A stretch of 64,000 nt of DNA from Octopus bimaculoides (GCF_001194135.2 NC_068989.1:798728-862727), one strand, 5' to 3'; positions 1 to 14,678 are shown, counted from the stretch's first letter. Made by a program: numbers and translations. The notes: generated by a model from the sequence alone, not told the origin.

Positions 1-969
1 CCAACATTTTTTTTTGGGGGGGGGAATCGCATGACCGTGACATATAGAACACATTATCGAAGACGAAAATCGTCAAAATTAAAAAATAAAAAAGTTACAG
101 CCATTTTCCCTCAGTGTCTAATTCCAATGTCCACCGAGACCTGAACCATATTCGGGGGCGATACAAATTCTGAAATCCTAGCGATGTGTTCTGTTATTGC
201 ACAATCGTAAAGAGACGCTTGCGCTAGAGGAGTGACCATGGTGGTCGATTGTGTCGTTGTGGTGGCTGCAGTTAGAGAAAGGTGGCAATGATGATGATGG
301 GTCAATTGTGGGGAGGGAACGAAGAATATGAAGGACTGCTAATTGTTGAATTTAAAGGCTCATTAAATGGGCCAGGAGTGACCGCGGCAGTTTCTGTTCT
401 GGTTGTTGAAGGGTAGATGGAGAAAATACACGTCGAAGCATCTCAAAATTAAACGAGGGACGAATATATGTTTGGATTTATTTTGCATCTGCTTCTCCGA
501 TCGGTTATCGAACAGTTTGAATGTTGCTTTGGCAAAGTAATTCGGTTACGAAGCGTCTGTCTTCAGTCTGAGAATGACAGAACCATGCGTTTATGAGAAT
601 GTTGGTCTCCTTCTCGGATCACTTTTGTAGGAGACGGAATATGTTTGAACGTATGAAATGCAAGATCAATGTGTGTGTGTGTGTATATATATATATGTAT
701 ATATAAGGCTGGAAAAAATTTACTATGTACTCACGGGTCTGTAACGATGGTAACATGAAGGTTCTCAATAAGATGCTACCTATCATAGAGTTTGGAACCA
801 ATTCCTGAAGTTCTTGCAGGCACTGCCAATTTGTATTTGTTTTATGGCATATAATATTATGTAAGTCTTCATAGAGACTACATTATTGCCTTGTGATTAC
901 AAAATCAGGAGTTTCAAAGGCTTTTCTGTTGAAAAGCTGGATTGAGTTCCACTTCATTCTTTGAGTTCC

Positions 970-1050
970 CACTGGCGGGAGCTATGCAAAACACGTGCAC
1001 CTTAGCTCGCCTGCGCGAGAAACTTGGATAGGTTTTAGCCAAAGATTGGT
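970..1050. promoter_or_regulatory. Candidate promoter motif cluster
   Basis: GGCGGGA (974), ATGCAAAA (984), CACGTG (992), GCGCGAGA (1013) and ATTGG (1045) within 80 bp of CpG-retaining DNA. Confidence 0.3.
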
Positions 1051-1858
1051 CCAGGCCATGTCTAACTTAATACCACCAGATGCGTCAATAACAAAAGTGG
1101 AACTTCGAAAGAAGTATCTATAAAGCAATAATTTTAGTCATTTAAAATGTAGAAAATAATATTTTTAATTGAAGCATAAAGGGAACCGAAATATTTTTTC
1201 CCTCTCTCTTTCTATCGTATAACAACAGTCTCTGTCATAAAAGCGTCTTGTCCCATATTAAACTGTTTGGGTTTGGTTTTCTCTTGAAATGAAAAAAATG
1301 GTTTGTAAAATTACAGTTGATCTCAACGTGAAATAAAGGTAAGGGTTAATATATTCTTATTTTCTCCTTATTTAATTTTTTTGATACCTTACAGAAAAAA
1401 AGTTTTTACAGAATTAGGCGCAGGAGTGGCCTCTCGCCACTTCATTCCGCTGTCTAAAAGTGAAAATGAACAGCTGTCTTGTCCGTTTGCATGTGAAGCC
1501 CTCGCCACGAAACTCGATATGCTAAAAATAACAGCTAAATGCCTAGAGAATTTTTGTTTGTTTGTGTGTGCGTGCGTGCAACAATTATCCGAATGAACAG
1601 AGGAAGAAGTACACAAAATGTATTTTACATATCTATCGTACACGTCGGGGTTTTTTTTTTCCTTTTAAAGTAGTTAATTTTTTTTTTAATTTGTGCTTGA
1701 GATGTAACAGATCCATTCATTGGAGTAATATAACAAAATACTACAAGTTTAGTCACCGGCTCAGTACCTATGTCTTTATAATCGTAATTTTAAATCGAAA
1801 TGTCTTAATAATCGTAATTTGTGCGGCATCTCTATAAAATTTCATCAATATATATTCA

Positions 1859-2132
1859 TTTTCCTGAAAGTTATAAGGGGGAAATCGGATCTTGTGAATT
1901 TTCCGAAAGTCCTCTCCCCCACCTCACGTTCGTTTGCGCAAATTTTATTTTTCATATTCGTTTTCTACACGATTTTTAACACCTAGCAGGCTGGGTTTTT
2001 TGGGGTTTTTTTCGTTAAGGGGAGTCAGTTCTTATATTAACTAAATTTCATTACAAGATACTCGTTTTCCTGAAAGTTATGAGAGAAAAAATTCGGATCG
2101 TGTAAATTTTCCGAAACTCCTCTCCCCACCTC
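1859..2132. repeat. Two imperfect direct repeats of about 67 bp (1859-1925, 2065-2132)
   Basis: ttttcctgaaagttat...tcggatc.tgt.aattttccgaaa.tcctctcccc.acctc occurs twice. Confidence 0.85.
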
Positions 2133-5100
2133 TCGGAAAATTCCTTTATATACTCTAGATCCATAGCATCTAAGAGGTATTTGTTGAAGATTTCGTTAAA
2201 AAGTATCCATTTTCCTGGAAGTTGCGAGGCAACAAAGTCGGGTGGGGGTACACATCTGTAGTTAGACCACAACCGATCAACTAAGCAAATGCATTAAAAA
2301 ACTATAACACATCCAGAACACTATTTCAAAAAATTCAACACCAAGTGCCTCAGTTGGTGGCACACCACAAGGTTCAGCGGAACCAACACGCTGGCGGCAT
2401 TAACTACAGGTGGATGGCGAGGCTAGGACACCAAGAACAGCTAAGCACGCTCACGAGTCTCCACTGATACCTCGATAAGGTGAGCTGCCAACGATGACAA
2501 GAACTTCGTTGTTAGCGGCCCAGCCCCTCCAAACGCCTCAAATGTCAAATATTGCAAATGATTCACTGACAAGGACCCGATACTTTAAGGATTTTGTTCT
2601 GTTCGGCTACGGAAGTAGTGGTGATAGTGCAAGTTGATGAGGAAGTGAAGCAATGTCATAGCAATGTTTTATCTTCTTTTATTCAACCAGTGACTTGTTT
2701 AGAGTTTGTGTACTTAATCGAACAATTCACAGTTTCTGTTTTGATAAAGGAATTGATCTAACATTACCGTGAAATAATAATTTCATCGTTATGTGACTTT
2801 TATTTTTCACAAACTTAAACTGTGACTGACAAAAGTCGTAAATGGACAACGGAATTATTATTTAACATTTATTTCAGGAACCACATATATTTATTAATGT
2901 CTTTCTTCTTCTCTTTAAGGTTTATATTGATTCTTCTACGACGTAGTTGTTTCATTTTTATCACACGGTTTCAGATCAAGAACAATTCTGAAACTATAAT
3001 TACGGTCAGGCCACAAAACTGAATAAACAGTTTATTTATCTAACAGTAGTAATTACAACTTTTGTGTGTAAAATAGTTTATGCATAAATCGAGCTACAAA
3101 ACAATGTTTGAATATTATTAATGGAAAACGGGAATATATAATAGTTTATAGTAGTAAGTTGGCAAACGGAAATAAAAATCACAGGTAGAAAGTTAGTCTG
3201 GGCCAGGTAAATACATACTTCTTTTAATTACTATAAATACTACAACAATATTTTAAATCATATAATTAACTACCTGACAATGATAATTTATACAATATTT
3301 TTACGTACAGGTGAAAATGAACAACGTTTTATTTAATCTCTCAAATATAACAATGAAGAAAGAGAAGAAACATATTCATTTATTGAACTGTTCCTGTCAT
3401 TTATTTTCCTGGATTAAGTTATTTAGTTAAATTTTTTTTTTCGAAGTCAACGTTACCTTGTGGTTTTGTACCCAAGTTAGAAATTATTATAAATTTTGTT
3501 TATTTAGTTAGTATTTTAAAATAACTTGCTTACTTACCGTTTCTAGTCTCTGAACTGTAAACTAAACTTAGAAACATCCAATAAATTATAAATAGTTGGA
3601 AAGGGAAATACCTCGTGTGCTGCGACTATAAACACAACCTGTTTGCCATTCATTCACACCTGTTTCTTCATTTGTAACAGGTTTCTTTTATTAATATTAT
3701 TGAAATGTGTTAACAAAAATGTTTGAATTATTTGCACAGATTTGAAATCTGTCAGTCTTACGATATTATAGTAAACAAATATCATTCACCCTCTTTTCAT
3801 GGGTTGGGTAGTTTGACAGAAACTGGCCAAGCAGAAACTCTACTTCTGTGTCTGTTTTGGCACGGTTTTTATGTTTCGATGCCATTCCTAACACCAACCA
3901 CACAGCAGAGTGGACTGCCTGCTTTTTATGTGCCACAAGAAAAAAAAAACTCAGTCCACTCTATTTCAAGTTCGACCCCCATTCCTTACCCACACTCACC
4001 CTGGGCCCTACTCTTCTGATCATTACATACTCACCTAACTATCTACAAAGTATTGTCCTCTTGGATTTCTTGTTTTCATTTTGGCAACTTGGAAATTTTT
4101 CAAAAGGCAAATTGCAGCCCACAACATTCTTTTAATGATTTTAGCCATAGGACTGCATCCATACTGAAGCACCACCTTTGAAGTTTGTCTGCCATCTTAG
4201 TCAGATATTGTTTTATGGATTTTCTAACAATTCCTTTTATGATCATTCCCAACCAATTCTTCCCGTTTTTTGTCATTTTCTTTTCTCTGTTATATATATA
4301 TATCTGCTAGTTTCACTAAGTTTAAAATGTAAACATTTATTGCATTACCAATATGCACTTCCTAACTTTACTTTAGAACATGTCTTCATGGTATTTGAAC
4401 TAAAATAACATGACACAACACATTACCTTCTCCTGCCCATTATTATATCTAATTTAATCTCTTCCCTAAATCTGATGTTTTAGGGTCTGTCTCTTCTGAG
4501 AAAGAGGAAAATAATCTTTTAGTTGTTAAGATTTTTTTTTAAAAAAGCATTCACTCAGATCTCTCTGCCCCCGCCCTCCTCTTTCAAACTTATCTAAAAT
4601 CATACACTTTGTTGTATTATTCTAGCTGATGGAAGCTACAACCAGTTTGCTTGGAATAATTTTTCCCCCTTTGCTAGAGGTAAAGAGGGTGAGCTGGCAA
4701 TGCCATTAGATATAATAATACCTCATGATATTTCTAATCATCTGCAATCTGAGTTCAAATCTTGCTGGTGTTGACTTAGCCTTTCATGTTTTCAAGGGTC
4801 AACAAAATAAGAAGCAATTGCAGAGGAGTGAATATGTAGAACTGTTGGAACATTGGGTTGGATGTCTTGTATTGATTCTGGTTCTTTCTGATGTCAGCAT
4901 TTGCAGTGAGACTGGCACTGAACTGCATCACCCTGGCTTTTCTCTTGAACACCATTGGTGGTGTGGAGAGACTTGTATGCAAGCGCAACTGCTGGTCTTC
5001 CACAGGAAACCTTGTGCTTTGGAGAGGAACTTTCCCTGTGTTGATTATCCACACCAGGAATGACCAAAGGATGGAGACTATGGAGCGAGAGAGGGACGTT

Positions 5101-7615
5101 GATCAAATTATGTCTCTACTCGCAAGAATATTATTCTTGTGTCTCATCAAAGAAATCAATTTTATTGAATAAACTTTCAAAACCATAGAATAAAATGTAA
5201 CCTTTATTAGTATGAAATACAATCATGGCACCATGCAAAATGTAAAAATTTAGAGAAAAAAAACATCTCAGAAATTATCAAAAAATAGCTGCCAAAAAAC
5301 GAATAAGTGTGTGTGTGTGTGTGTGTATGTGTGTGCAAAATGAAGGATAGGAAATTGAATTCAATTTTTATTTTGGTTCAAGTTTTTATTGGAAAATTTT
5401 CTTTGAAAAGTGTGTTTTTTTTTCTTTGCATTCTTTTGATTTGAAAAAAAAATCATTTATTTTAATCAATTTGTAATTTCTAAGAAAACAAAAAGAAAGA
5501 AAAGCCTATGTTTAAACATGCATTTAATTATGCTTTTGCAAGTAGGCATTTGTGTATAAAACAGAAACCTGTATGGATCATATAGCTGTATATCTAATAT
5601 AGTAGCCATATTTTATTAACAAAATCTGAAGAGGTTATGGAAAGAAAAGTTGAAGAAATTTCTAGAAATAGATTTATAATTTATATCACAGAAGTGAGTG
5701 AATGACTGATAAATACTAACAACAAATTTATTCCACTATCCACCCCAAATTCTCTGATAAAACTTCTTAAAGTCCCAACAGAGGTATTGTGAGTGTATCG
5801 GGTCTGAATTTAAATTAGTTTAAAAAACACCTCTGCTGGTGCCATGTAGAAAGCACCAAGTGCCACTCTCTAGAGTGGTTGGCATTAGGAAGGGCATCTA
5901 GCTGTAGAAACTATGCCAAATTAAACAATTGGGGAGCCTGGTGCAGCTCTCCAGCTTACCAGTTTTTCATTCAAACTGTCCAACCCATACCAGCATGGAA
6001 AACGGGCATTAAATAGTGCTGATGTTGTCAGCTTTGAGTGAATATTTTGGTGACTATCAGCAGATATCACAGATAAATGAAATACAGAGAATTCACATTT
6101 ATTGATATTGTCTCCCTCCGTAAACAACTGAATACATTATACAGAATAGATAGATTTACAGGCTTCTGGAAGGCAGGGAGGGAAGAGTAGCAAAGGTTAA
6201 TGCCAACTCATAGAAAACTCTTGGTTCTCTTGTAGTTCTAACATTTACAAAATTTTATAGAATGAGTAAACTGACAGGAGTTCCTCGTCTCCCCAAATTG
6301 CTTCATCTCATCACTGCATGCTAACAAAACACTCATTCATTTTCAGTGTTCCCACTGATTACAGGGGTCTATTTTTATCTACCCTAGAGTACAGCATTAG
6401 ATTTAAGCAAACTCAACAATTGCAGAGTTAAAACTTGAAGCCATGGATGCTGCACAGAGTTGGTGATGGCTTTCCTTAAACTGTTGTCTTTAACACGGCA
6501 ATCACCTGACATTTCTTATCAGTTTGACCAGTTGTAATTCGGAATAGGGCCTCAGAATGAGTTGATAATCTTTAAAGAGAATTATTTAAATGAAGCATTT
6601 GAATGACTTACTGACACTTGTACAGATGTGTTTGTAAAGTATTGAGATAGGGTTACAATGAACCATGCAACTAATTTCACAATGACAAAATGAATTAAAT
6701 ATTTGATATAATTTAATTATCTCCCACAGAAGAAATAATAGCAGCTTCACCTAAATGATTGTCGCATTTTTCTTAGGAATCACCATTTCCTATTAAGATT
6801 CTGGCAGTGAGTTCTTGCTATAGATTTGTAAATGGTTTCATTTTTAGGTTACGTTATAAGTATACAAAATCTGTGAATAAACAGAGATAGAAAAGACTGG
6901 TGACATTTGATTAATTCAAATAGATTTAATTGGGATTCTTATCTTGAGATGTCATGATACAAAATGGAATTATTTGTTCAGAGAATTGTAAATATCTAAC
7001 TAATTGTAAATTCCTAACCATAATAGAGAAAAAGGTGTTATATTGTTCCAGGTACATTAACTGCCTGCCCCATTCAGTGTTATGTAAATACATTGCTCTT
7101 CATAAATATGTGTATACAGATACATGAGCAGAAGTGGTGAATAAAAGCTGATATCTTGGACTGCTGAACCTTGAACAATCCTAAAGGAATGTGGTTGGAG
7201 AGGATCTGATCAAGTGGGAGCAAAAAGGATTTTATATGTACCCCTGTTTACTGCTATTAGGGTGGAGATGGCTGTCCACATGAGTCAGAGAGAGGCTGTT
7301 CCAGAGCATTCCCTTTGCCATCTTCTGGGGCAACGATTTTTCCATTCTGTCTGCTGGAACCACAAGGCAGTTCAACTTACAGGAAATCAAGAGAATGTAA
7401 GAATTTCGTAGCTTAATTCACTCGAAACGCTTATAGCAAGTAAAAAGGCTAAAAATGAACAACTTATAAATGGAAGAGACGGAGCCAGCATTGAAAATAT
7501 TCAAAACAAATGACAATTGTTCTGGGACCAAAGCGTTGGTTATTGCTCTTGGGCATATTTCAGGGCTAATGCACGGCATTTTGACAAAATGAATGATTCT
7601 GCGTATTCTTTTCTT

Positions 7616-7968
7616 TTTTTACTTGTTTCAGTCATTAGACTATGGCCATGCTGGGGCACCACCTTGTAGAATTTTAATCAAACGAATTGGCCCCATTGCT
7701 TATATATTTAAAAGCCCGATATTCTATCCATCTCTTTTGCCCAACTGCTAAGTTATGGGTGTAAACACACCAACACTGGTTGTCAAGCAGTGATGGCGAC
7801 AAGTATGTATACAACAGGCTTCTTTCAGTTTCTGTCTTGTAAATTCACTCACAAGCATTTGGTCATCCCAAAGCTATAGTAGAAGACATTTGCCCAAGGT
7901 GCCAGGCAGCAGGACTGAACCTGGAACCATGTAGTTTGGAAGTAAACTTCTTACCACACAGCCATGCC
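7616..7968 (-). mobile_element. tRNA-derived SINE family A, near full length
   Basis: Minus strand head gtgtggtaagaagtttacttccaaactacatggttccaggttcagtcc through tail gactgaaacaagtaaaa; many homologues in the window. Confidence 0.85.
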
Positions 7969-9248
7969 TCACCCGAGAATTTGTATGTGTGTGTGTGTGT
8001 ATACACCCACACATTGATAGCAGACTGTATACATGCAGTGGGTTGTATATTGCTGGCAATATATGGATTGTTGTATATGAGAAATTATATGTATGAGATT
8101 GTCTGTGAATAAATTTGCATAAATGGGTTTATAAGCATTGCTCTATTAAAACCTTTTATTTTAGTCTGAACTTAAGTGTGTATGTATGCAAGATAACACC
8201 AATGGTTTTCTATGTCCCAGGGCCGCAGGTGGGATTACTTGCAGACTTTCTCTTTGTATATTTCCACATCTGAACCTTTAATGTAAACGGTTTCTTACTG
8301 AGACAGAAGGCTAATTGTTGACGTTGATTGATATAATTAATTATAGTGGAATTTATATTAATTGATATTAAATATAATTAATTACTTTGAAATTAATATG
8401 TTAGAGTCACTTATTTTCTTGACTCATGGAAGAACAAGAGAAAAATGTAGAGAGATGGAGAATTTGATATGAAGAACCGTTTTGTCTGGCTCTGATGTCT
8501 GTATTGTGGTTGTGTAACAAGACTTAACTTGGACTCAAGTTGATGGCTTTTCTATTTTTAGTTGGTTCTCTTTTGTAAATTTGGTGAGATCAATAGAGAT
8601 TTTTAGTTTGATCATAGCGAATAGCTTCATACTTTGTATCCTAGCAATGTGTCAATGCTGTATCTTTGTCAAATTTACAGATTTGTTAACTGACCAGTCA
8701 CTTATGTAAGCAGCTAAAGCCACTGCTGTTGTTGTGTAGCCCCAGGTCAGTTGTAGACTGAGCATACTTATGGCCAAAGACATACTGACCATCTGTCCTC
8801 TTCTTGAGGATTGCATATATAGGACTGTAACATCTGGTGTGTCCCTCTGTTTTCAAGACAATGGGGTATGGCTTGAAAGACATTTAGTTATAATTTCTAG
8901 GTCAAGCAACCACATGGAGGCATTGTCTTTGGTTTAAGTAGGAACTGAACCCAAATTATTAAGTCATTACAACAGTTGAGTCTGAATGGTTTTTCACTTT
9001 GATCTCATGACAGCCTGATCTACATCAAAGAAATTCTGCGGAATCTAAAGTTTATTTGGGCTGCTACTGCCATAGAAGACAAATCTTCTCCTCATACAAT
9101 TCTCCATCATTTTAAAGAGTCAGAATACAAGATGTTTATAATTCAAAAAATCTGAGAAAAAATCCAGAGAAAATGACGAGATGTCAATGACAAAAATATT
9201 TTTTTTTTAAATTAATTTAAGGAAAATATCATGGTTGGAATGTCTTAA

Positions 9249-9443
9249 TCAATTAGCATTTAAACCAGCCTAAACATTCTACATGTTTTACTTTCAAACC
9301 AACCACATCAAGTCTCTCACACCTGCCCTACAATGTCATTTTAAAAATAGACACATCATCAAAATTTCTAAGCACTGAGACAGTACAAAACAATATGAAT
9401 GAATATGCATTACATACAGCAGAATAGTCTGAATACTAAAGGC
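9249..9443. mobile_element. piggyBac-type MITE, family 2 (older copy)
   Basis: TTAA flanks; ends CTGAATACTAAAGGC|TTAA; internal similarity to 39906-40116. Confidence 0.6.
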
Positions 9444-9993
9444 TTAATCACAGATCAACTTAACCAGGACCAACCTGGGGTTAAAAACAGAGCAACTAAA
9501 AATCTATCACAGATAAAAAAAAAAAAATTATATAGCAATTAACAGTATTTAGTATATTTTAGTGACATTGTGTGGTGTTGGTGGGTTAGTGTGTGTGTGT
9601 GTGTGAGACAGTATTTTGCAAGCGGTCTCATCACTTCCACTCTGTATTGGCTGCTCTGAACTGAAAATCTGTTGCAACAATTGTTTAGAGAAATAGGAAA
9701 TATTACCTTTAAAAGAGGCTGACCCTAAGGCCTTGGTTGTAAATTGTTCGTCTCTGGGGCTAATCCCCACCCAGTTTCAGTGATCAGATCCGGAATATAT
9801 AATGATGTAATGCTAAAATAAATGTTGTGATTAACACACACACAAGTAGTAACCATCAGTATTGAAACTAGGTGCAATGAACATAATTAAGAGGTAAACT
9901 TGAACATATATATATAATGAGATAATTATATGAATATACCATAATGATATTATATATAATATAAAATAAATGCCATGTTTAAAGAACAGTATA

Positions 9994-10411
9994 CAGGTTA
10001 TCGTTGACTTACAACCATGATTGGTTCCGAATGACTGGTCGTAAGTCGACCTATAAGTCTACATAGTTTTGTTTTATATTTTCACATTCTTGAAGTACAT
10101 TCTCAGGTAAAAAGTCACACACAGCTTTCTGTATTATACTATTATACTGGTGTTAGTCAAAAGTTTCGGAGTCTCAAGCTGTCGTCTTATAAACAAATAC
10201 AAGGTTGCCTTGATGTCTCCATGACAGGATAGTCATCTAACACAGTGGCAATCGATAACCAAACCTAGAGGAAGCTGATATCATCCATAGACAGGTTAAT
10301 TTCTAAGAAATTAAACCCATTGGATTTCAACTGGACTATTTATTATTGCTGCCGGGAGCTGGTGCCCCAATCATTGTAAAGTTGGATAGGTTGTAAGTCG
10401 ACAACAACCTG
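9994..10411. mobile_element. Tigger/pogo-type MITE
   Basis: TA|CAGGTTATCGTTGACTTACAACC...GGTTGTAAGTCGACAACAACCTG|TA. Confidence 0.85.
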
Positions 10412-11094
10412 TACAAAGTTCATAAAAAGAAGCAGAAAATCTTAAATAAATAAAAATAGTGTGGAAGCCTTTTTATAGCGATATAAACCAGCAGTTATCC
10501 AAACTCCTTCATTTTATGTAATCTTGATTTCTTAAGACTTCCAATACAGTGCAAAGGAAAGAAAAAAAAATTAAATTATGTATTTTAATTAATGTTATAT
10601 AAATGTTATTAGATTAGATTTGAGAATATTATTGACTTTCTTTTTTAATTGTTCTCAATTTAAAGCCTTTGTTTTAATGAATCATGATTTTATGATCCAT
10701 CAAAAGTGAATTTGTTAAATAAGTTCCGATGGATTATCGGTTTACAGTACACAATTTTTGATTTTGTGGTAGATCAACAAAGAAAAAATTGGAAAGATGA
10801 GTTTGGCTCTTTACCTGTTGCAATATTCTTTTTTGTATTTGAAAATTACAATCAACAAACAACAAATAACAAAATACAAATGAATTTCCATGGCAAAAAG
10901 ATAGAAAAGAAACAACAGCGAGAGAATCAAATGAATAGAGAAAATATTAACGATATCAGATGAAAGAGTTTCGTGGGAGAACAGGGAAAATTTGATACCA
11001 AAAATATAATTTTAAAATTCCAAGATATATAAAGATGAGTATGAGTTTTCTTTTTGGGTTTATTTATACACACACACATACACGCCTATATATG

Positions 11095-11126
<32 letters not shown>

Positions 11127-12061
11127 ATTAGAAGTTAAGTATTCAAAATTTGATATATTTTATAGCTATAAGATGTTTGATTAATCAAACATTAAGAAAT
11201 ATATCTTAAAAACTTCAGTCAATAAGTTACCTCAATTTTTTAACAATCTAATTTCCTTTTTCAAAGATGAAAATTGTGCAAAAGATTTTTAAGAAAAATT
11301 TGATAAAAATTTCACCATTATTAATATATAAAAAAAAGATGTAGCAATTTATATTGTTTATGAGTAGCTTTGGTTAAATGTCTTTAATGAAATCTGTAGC
11401 TTTGAGATAACCAAGCAAAGAATTGTTCATTTAGATATTTTGTTTGGGCTTATTGTGAATTGAGTATTGTAAACTATTGAAAATTTTTCATTATTAATAT
11501 GGAGGTTTGAAGTAAATTCTCACTTAAAGATGATTGTCTGTTTGTTCAGGGAGATTTTGGTGCTTCATTGCACTTGAAAACAGACAACAGACAAAGTCCA
11601 CTGTGTCTTTCATATTTATTTCTTAGCATAAAACCTGAGATTTGAAAGGAACAAGGAATGTAACAATAACCAAAATACAACTTTTTAATGATGACATTGC
11701 TTATTCTTTTGGAAACAGAAATATTGGTTTCAAATTTTGGCAGAAGGCCAGAATATTTGGGAAAGGAGTCAAGTCGATTAAACTGACCCTAGTGTTTAAC
11801 TGGTACTTATTTTATCAACCCTGAAAAGGATGAAAGGCAAAGTCAACCATAGCAGAATTTGGACTTAGAATATAAAGACAAACAAAGTGCTGTTAAGAAT
11901 TCTGCCTGATTTATATTCAAAAACAGATTTAGAGAAGAAGGGAAAACTGGTAACAGTTCTTTGGTATACAATCATGGAAATGTGTCATTGGAAGTTATTC
12001 CAACTAAAAATCATAATCAAATTGTAAACTTGATTTGCTAGGAACTACCTGCTGGAATTGA

Positions 12062-12282
12062 ACCTTTTCGTTACTGTATTTCTGTTGAGATGCTCTGTGT
12101 TTCTTTCAATTACTTTAAATATAACAAAGAATTTAGTAAAATAACTTAGTTATCATTCAGCTGGTGTTAGGAACATGAATTGTGACTAAGGTTTGGTGGA
12201 AGATTTTAATTCAGAACTTATGAAAACAAGACATTTGTAGTCATAGCCAGAGGCAGTTTCAGCCGGGTTGGTAACGAAAGGG
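12062..12282. mobile_element. piggyBac-type MITE, family 1
   Basis: TTGA|ACCTTTTCGTTAC...GTAACGAAAGGG|TTAA. Confidence 0.75.
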
Positions 12283-14061
12283 TTAAGCTAAGATCAGCCA
12301 TGACTGAAGAGACACAGGATCAAAAACAATCCAAGAATGACCTTACCATCTGATTAAGATGACTGGATATGATTTTGAGGGAAATTTGGATGCTACTTTT
12401 AGCAATTTTTGGAGGTGAGGCACCATGTAATAGCCATCTTATTGGCAGAGCAAGTGATGGCAATATTTGTTAGAGGGATGAGAGAATCTTTTAGAGCCTC
12501 AGTATTTTAATTTTTCTATTATTTAATGAGACAGAATTATAGCAAGAATTCTCTGGAATTAGATACTTTAAAGTAGAAACATTTTTTAAAAATAAATTGA
12601 AAAACGGAAGATGCAGCTTGGGTGATGTTCGTGTTTAATGGTTAAATTTGACTCCTTCCTTGTTAATGGTTTCAGGTGGGAGTGGGTGGGTGTAATATAG
12701 ACTCTGAAAGTTCTTTAATTTCTATGCTGAGGATCATCATTCCATCTATTCCAGTTCTGTGATCGGTTAAATTGCTTTGTTGACTGCAAATAGGAAATTA
12801 TTAAATTATTGTTTTAGAGGAATTAATTCAAAGCCGAATTTGTTTTAATTATGAAACGAAATATTAAAATTCAATGTTCCCAAATGTGTTAAAGCTTTCT
12901 CTCCTTGAACTAGGCTTCATAATCTATCCCTACAATGCAGCTTTGTGAATTCCTTAGCCACACACACACACACACACACACACATGATTGAAGATGTTAA
13001 GCATGTTAAAAGTTTAAAACAGCTGCACTGTAATTAAAATATAAATAAATAAACATAGGGTGTCTAAATAGAATATTTGTAAGAGAAATCCTGCAAATAA
13101 TGTAATATGGTAGGGTTTTGTATCATTTGACATAATATCAGTGTTGTATAATGTCGAATGTGATACATTGTGGTGTTATTGTGTGTTGTATAGCAAGATG
13201 CTGTAGCATCTGGCAAAGTATATCATGTAATTGTATATGAGGTGATACATCAGTGTGTGGTGTAAAAGTTGATAGCATGATTTTGGTATATTTTGATGTG
13301 GTATCAGATGACATCGTATGGCATTTATGTGAATTATGATATATCAGAGGGACTCTGTGAATAAGTCAGTATAAAACATTATACTAGTGTTCAAATAGTC
13401 TTACTTATGGAAAACTTGGTAGAAGAACTTGGTAACATATGAAATTATTTTTTAAAATAAAGACAGAATATTTTCTGTGAATGCCAATGCTTGCCTTTTC
13501 ATAGAATTATGATTTTTAAATATGTCTCCATTTAAAACTGAAAAAAATTAAATTCCAAAGGAAAGAAAAATAGAAGGATAACAGAAACCATCTGATAATG
13601 TAATTGGCAGTGTGTCTCTATCTCTCTGTTTGTCCATTCCTGAAAGGACGATAACTCTTATCTCGTTAGGTATATTACCCTTGATTGCTATATACTAACT
13701 AGAATGTAACCTGTCATAGAACAAGTATAATACTGGTTTCAAATATTTGCACAAGGCCAGCAATTTGGAGGGGAGGGGGTAAGTCAATAACATTGACCCC
13801 AGTGTTCAACTAGTGCTTATTTTATCGACCCTGAAAAGGCAAAGTCAACCTCGTCAGAATTTGAACTCAGAATGTAAAGATGATTGAAATGCCACTAAAC
13901 ATTATGCTCAGTGTGCTAACAATTCTGCCAATTTGCCACCATAAAAGACAAGAAATATTGGGAAGAAGATAACTTTTGTCTTTGTTGGTAGTGTCAGGTA
14001 ATGTTACACCTGTAATTAAGTGAAAGTTATCGTTATTGATAGTATGGATTTATTGCAAATA

Positions 14062-14150
14062 CAGTAATCCCTCAACTATCACAGGTGTTACGTTCCAAAA
14101 CACCCCGCAATAGGTGAAAATCCGTGAAGTAGAAACAGTACTGTACTGTA
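14062..14150. mobile_element. Tigger-type terminal remnant
   Basis: TA|CAGTAATCCCTCAACTATC...CCCCGCAATAGGTGAAAATCCG; partner TIR not found. Confidence 0.55.
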
Positions 14151-14291
14151 TACGTTTTAAAATTATTTTTATAATTTGTGTATATTTATTTTATTATGAA
14201 TGCAAAACAACACCACGGAGGAATCGACGTAAGCTTAAATTAATAAACTGCGATATGGCAAGGGATTATTGTATACTAGTGAGAAATTTGT

Positions 14292-14297
14292 TTTATT
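14292..14297 (-). terminator. Candidate AATAAA polyadenylation signal of the patatin gene
   Basis: tttatt on the plus strand about 385 nt past the stop; the hexamer is common in AT-rich DNA and the site is unverified. Confidence 0.25.
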
Positions 14298-14678
14298 TCA
14301 TCTTAAATAAATATTTTCATATTGAAAATTAGAATTCATTGACCATGAAATCTGGAAAAATTATAATTATTGTAACGAATGTAGCATTATCTGACATTAG
14401 CCACTGTGACAAAAGTACATTCCAAACATTGGCCATCACCATGTTGTGGTTAATACTAGAATAAATTGTTTGGTTGACAGCAATGGAAAGATTATAAATA
14501 TGAATGTGCCAAATTTGAAGAGGGTGAACAAAGTTTAAATATTTTAAATGAAACTACGATACAATGTATGAATTTGAGAAAAAAAAATTCCCTTAAAATT
14601 ATATCCGGATGGTGGGAGAAAGAAATAATGTAAGATGAAAAATTCCCATAAAAATAGTAAAGTCTTTGATGTTTGCTG

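Noticed and set aside
4776-5054. ORF starting MWIINTGKV as the patatin GINTG exon
   Set aside because: The true exon (RTVGINTGY) is at 16023-15928 with correct splice sites, and the gene ends at 14679.
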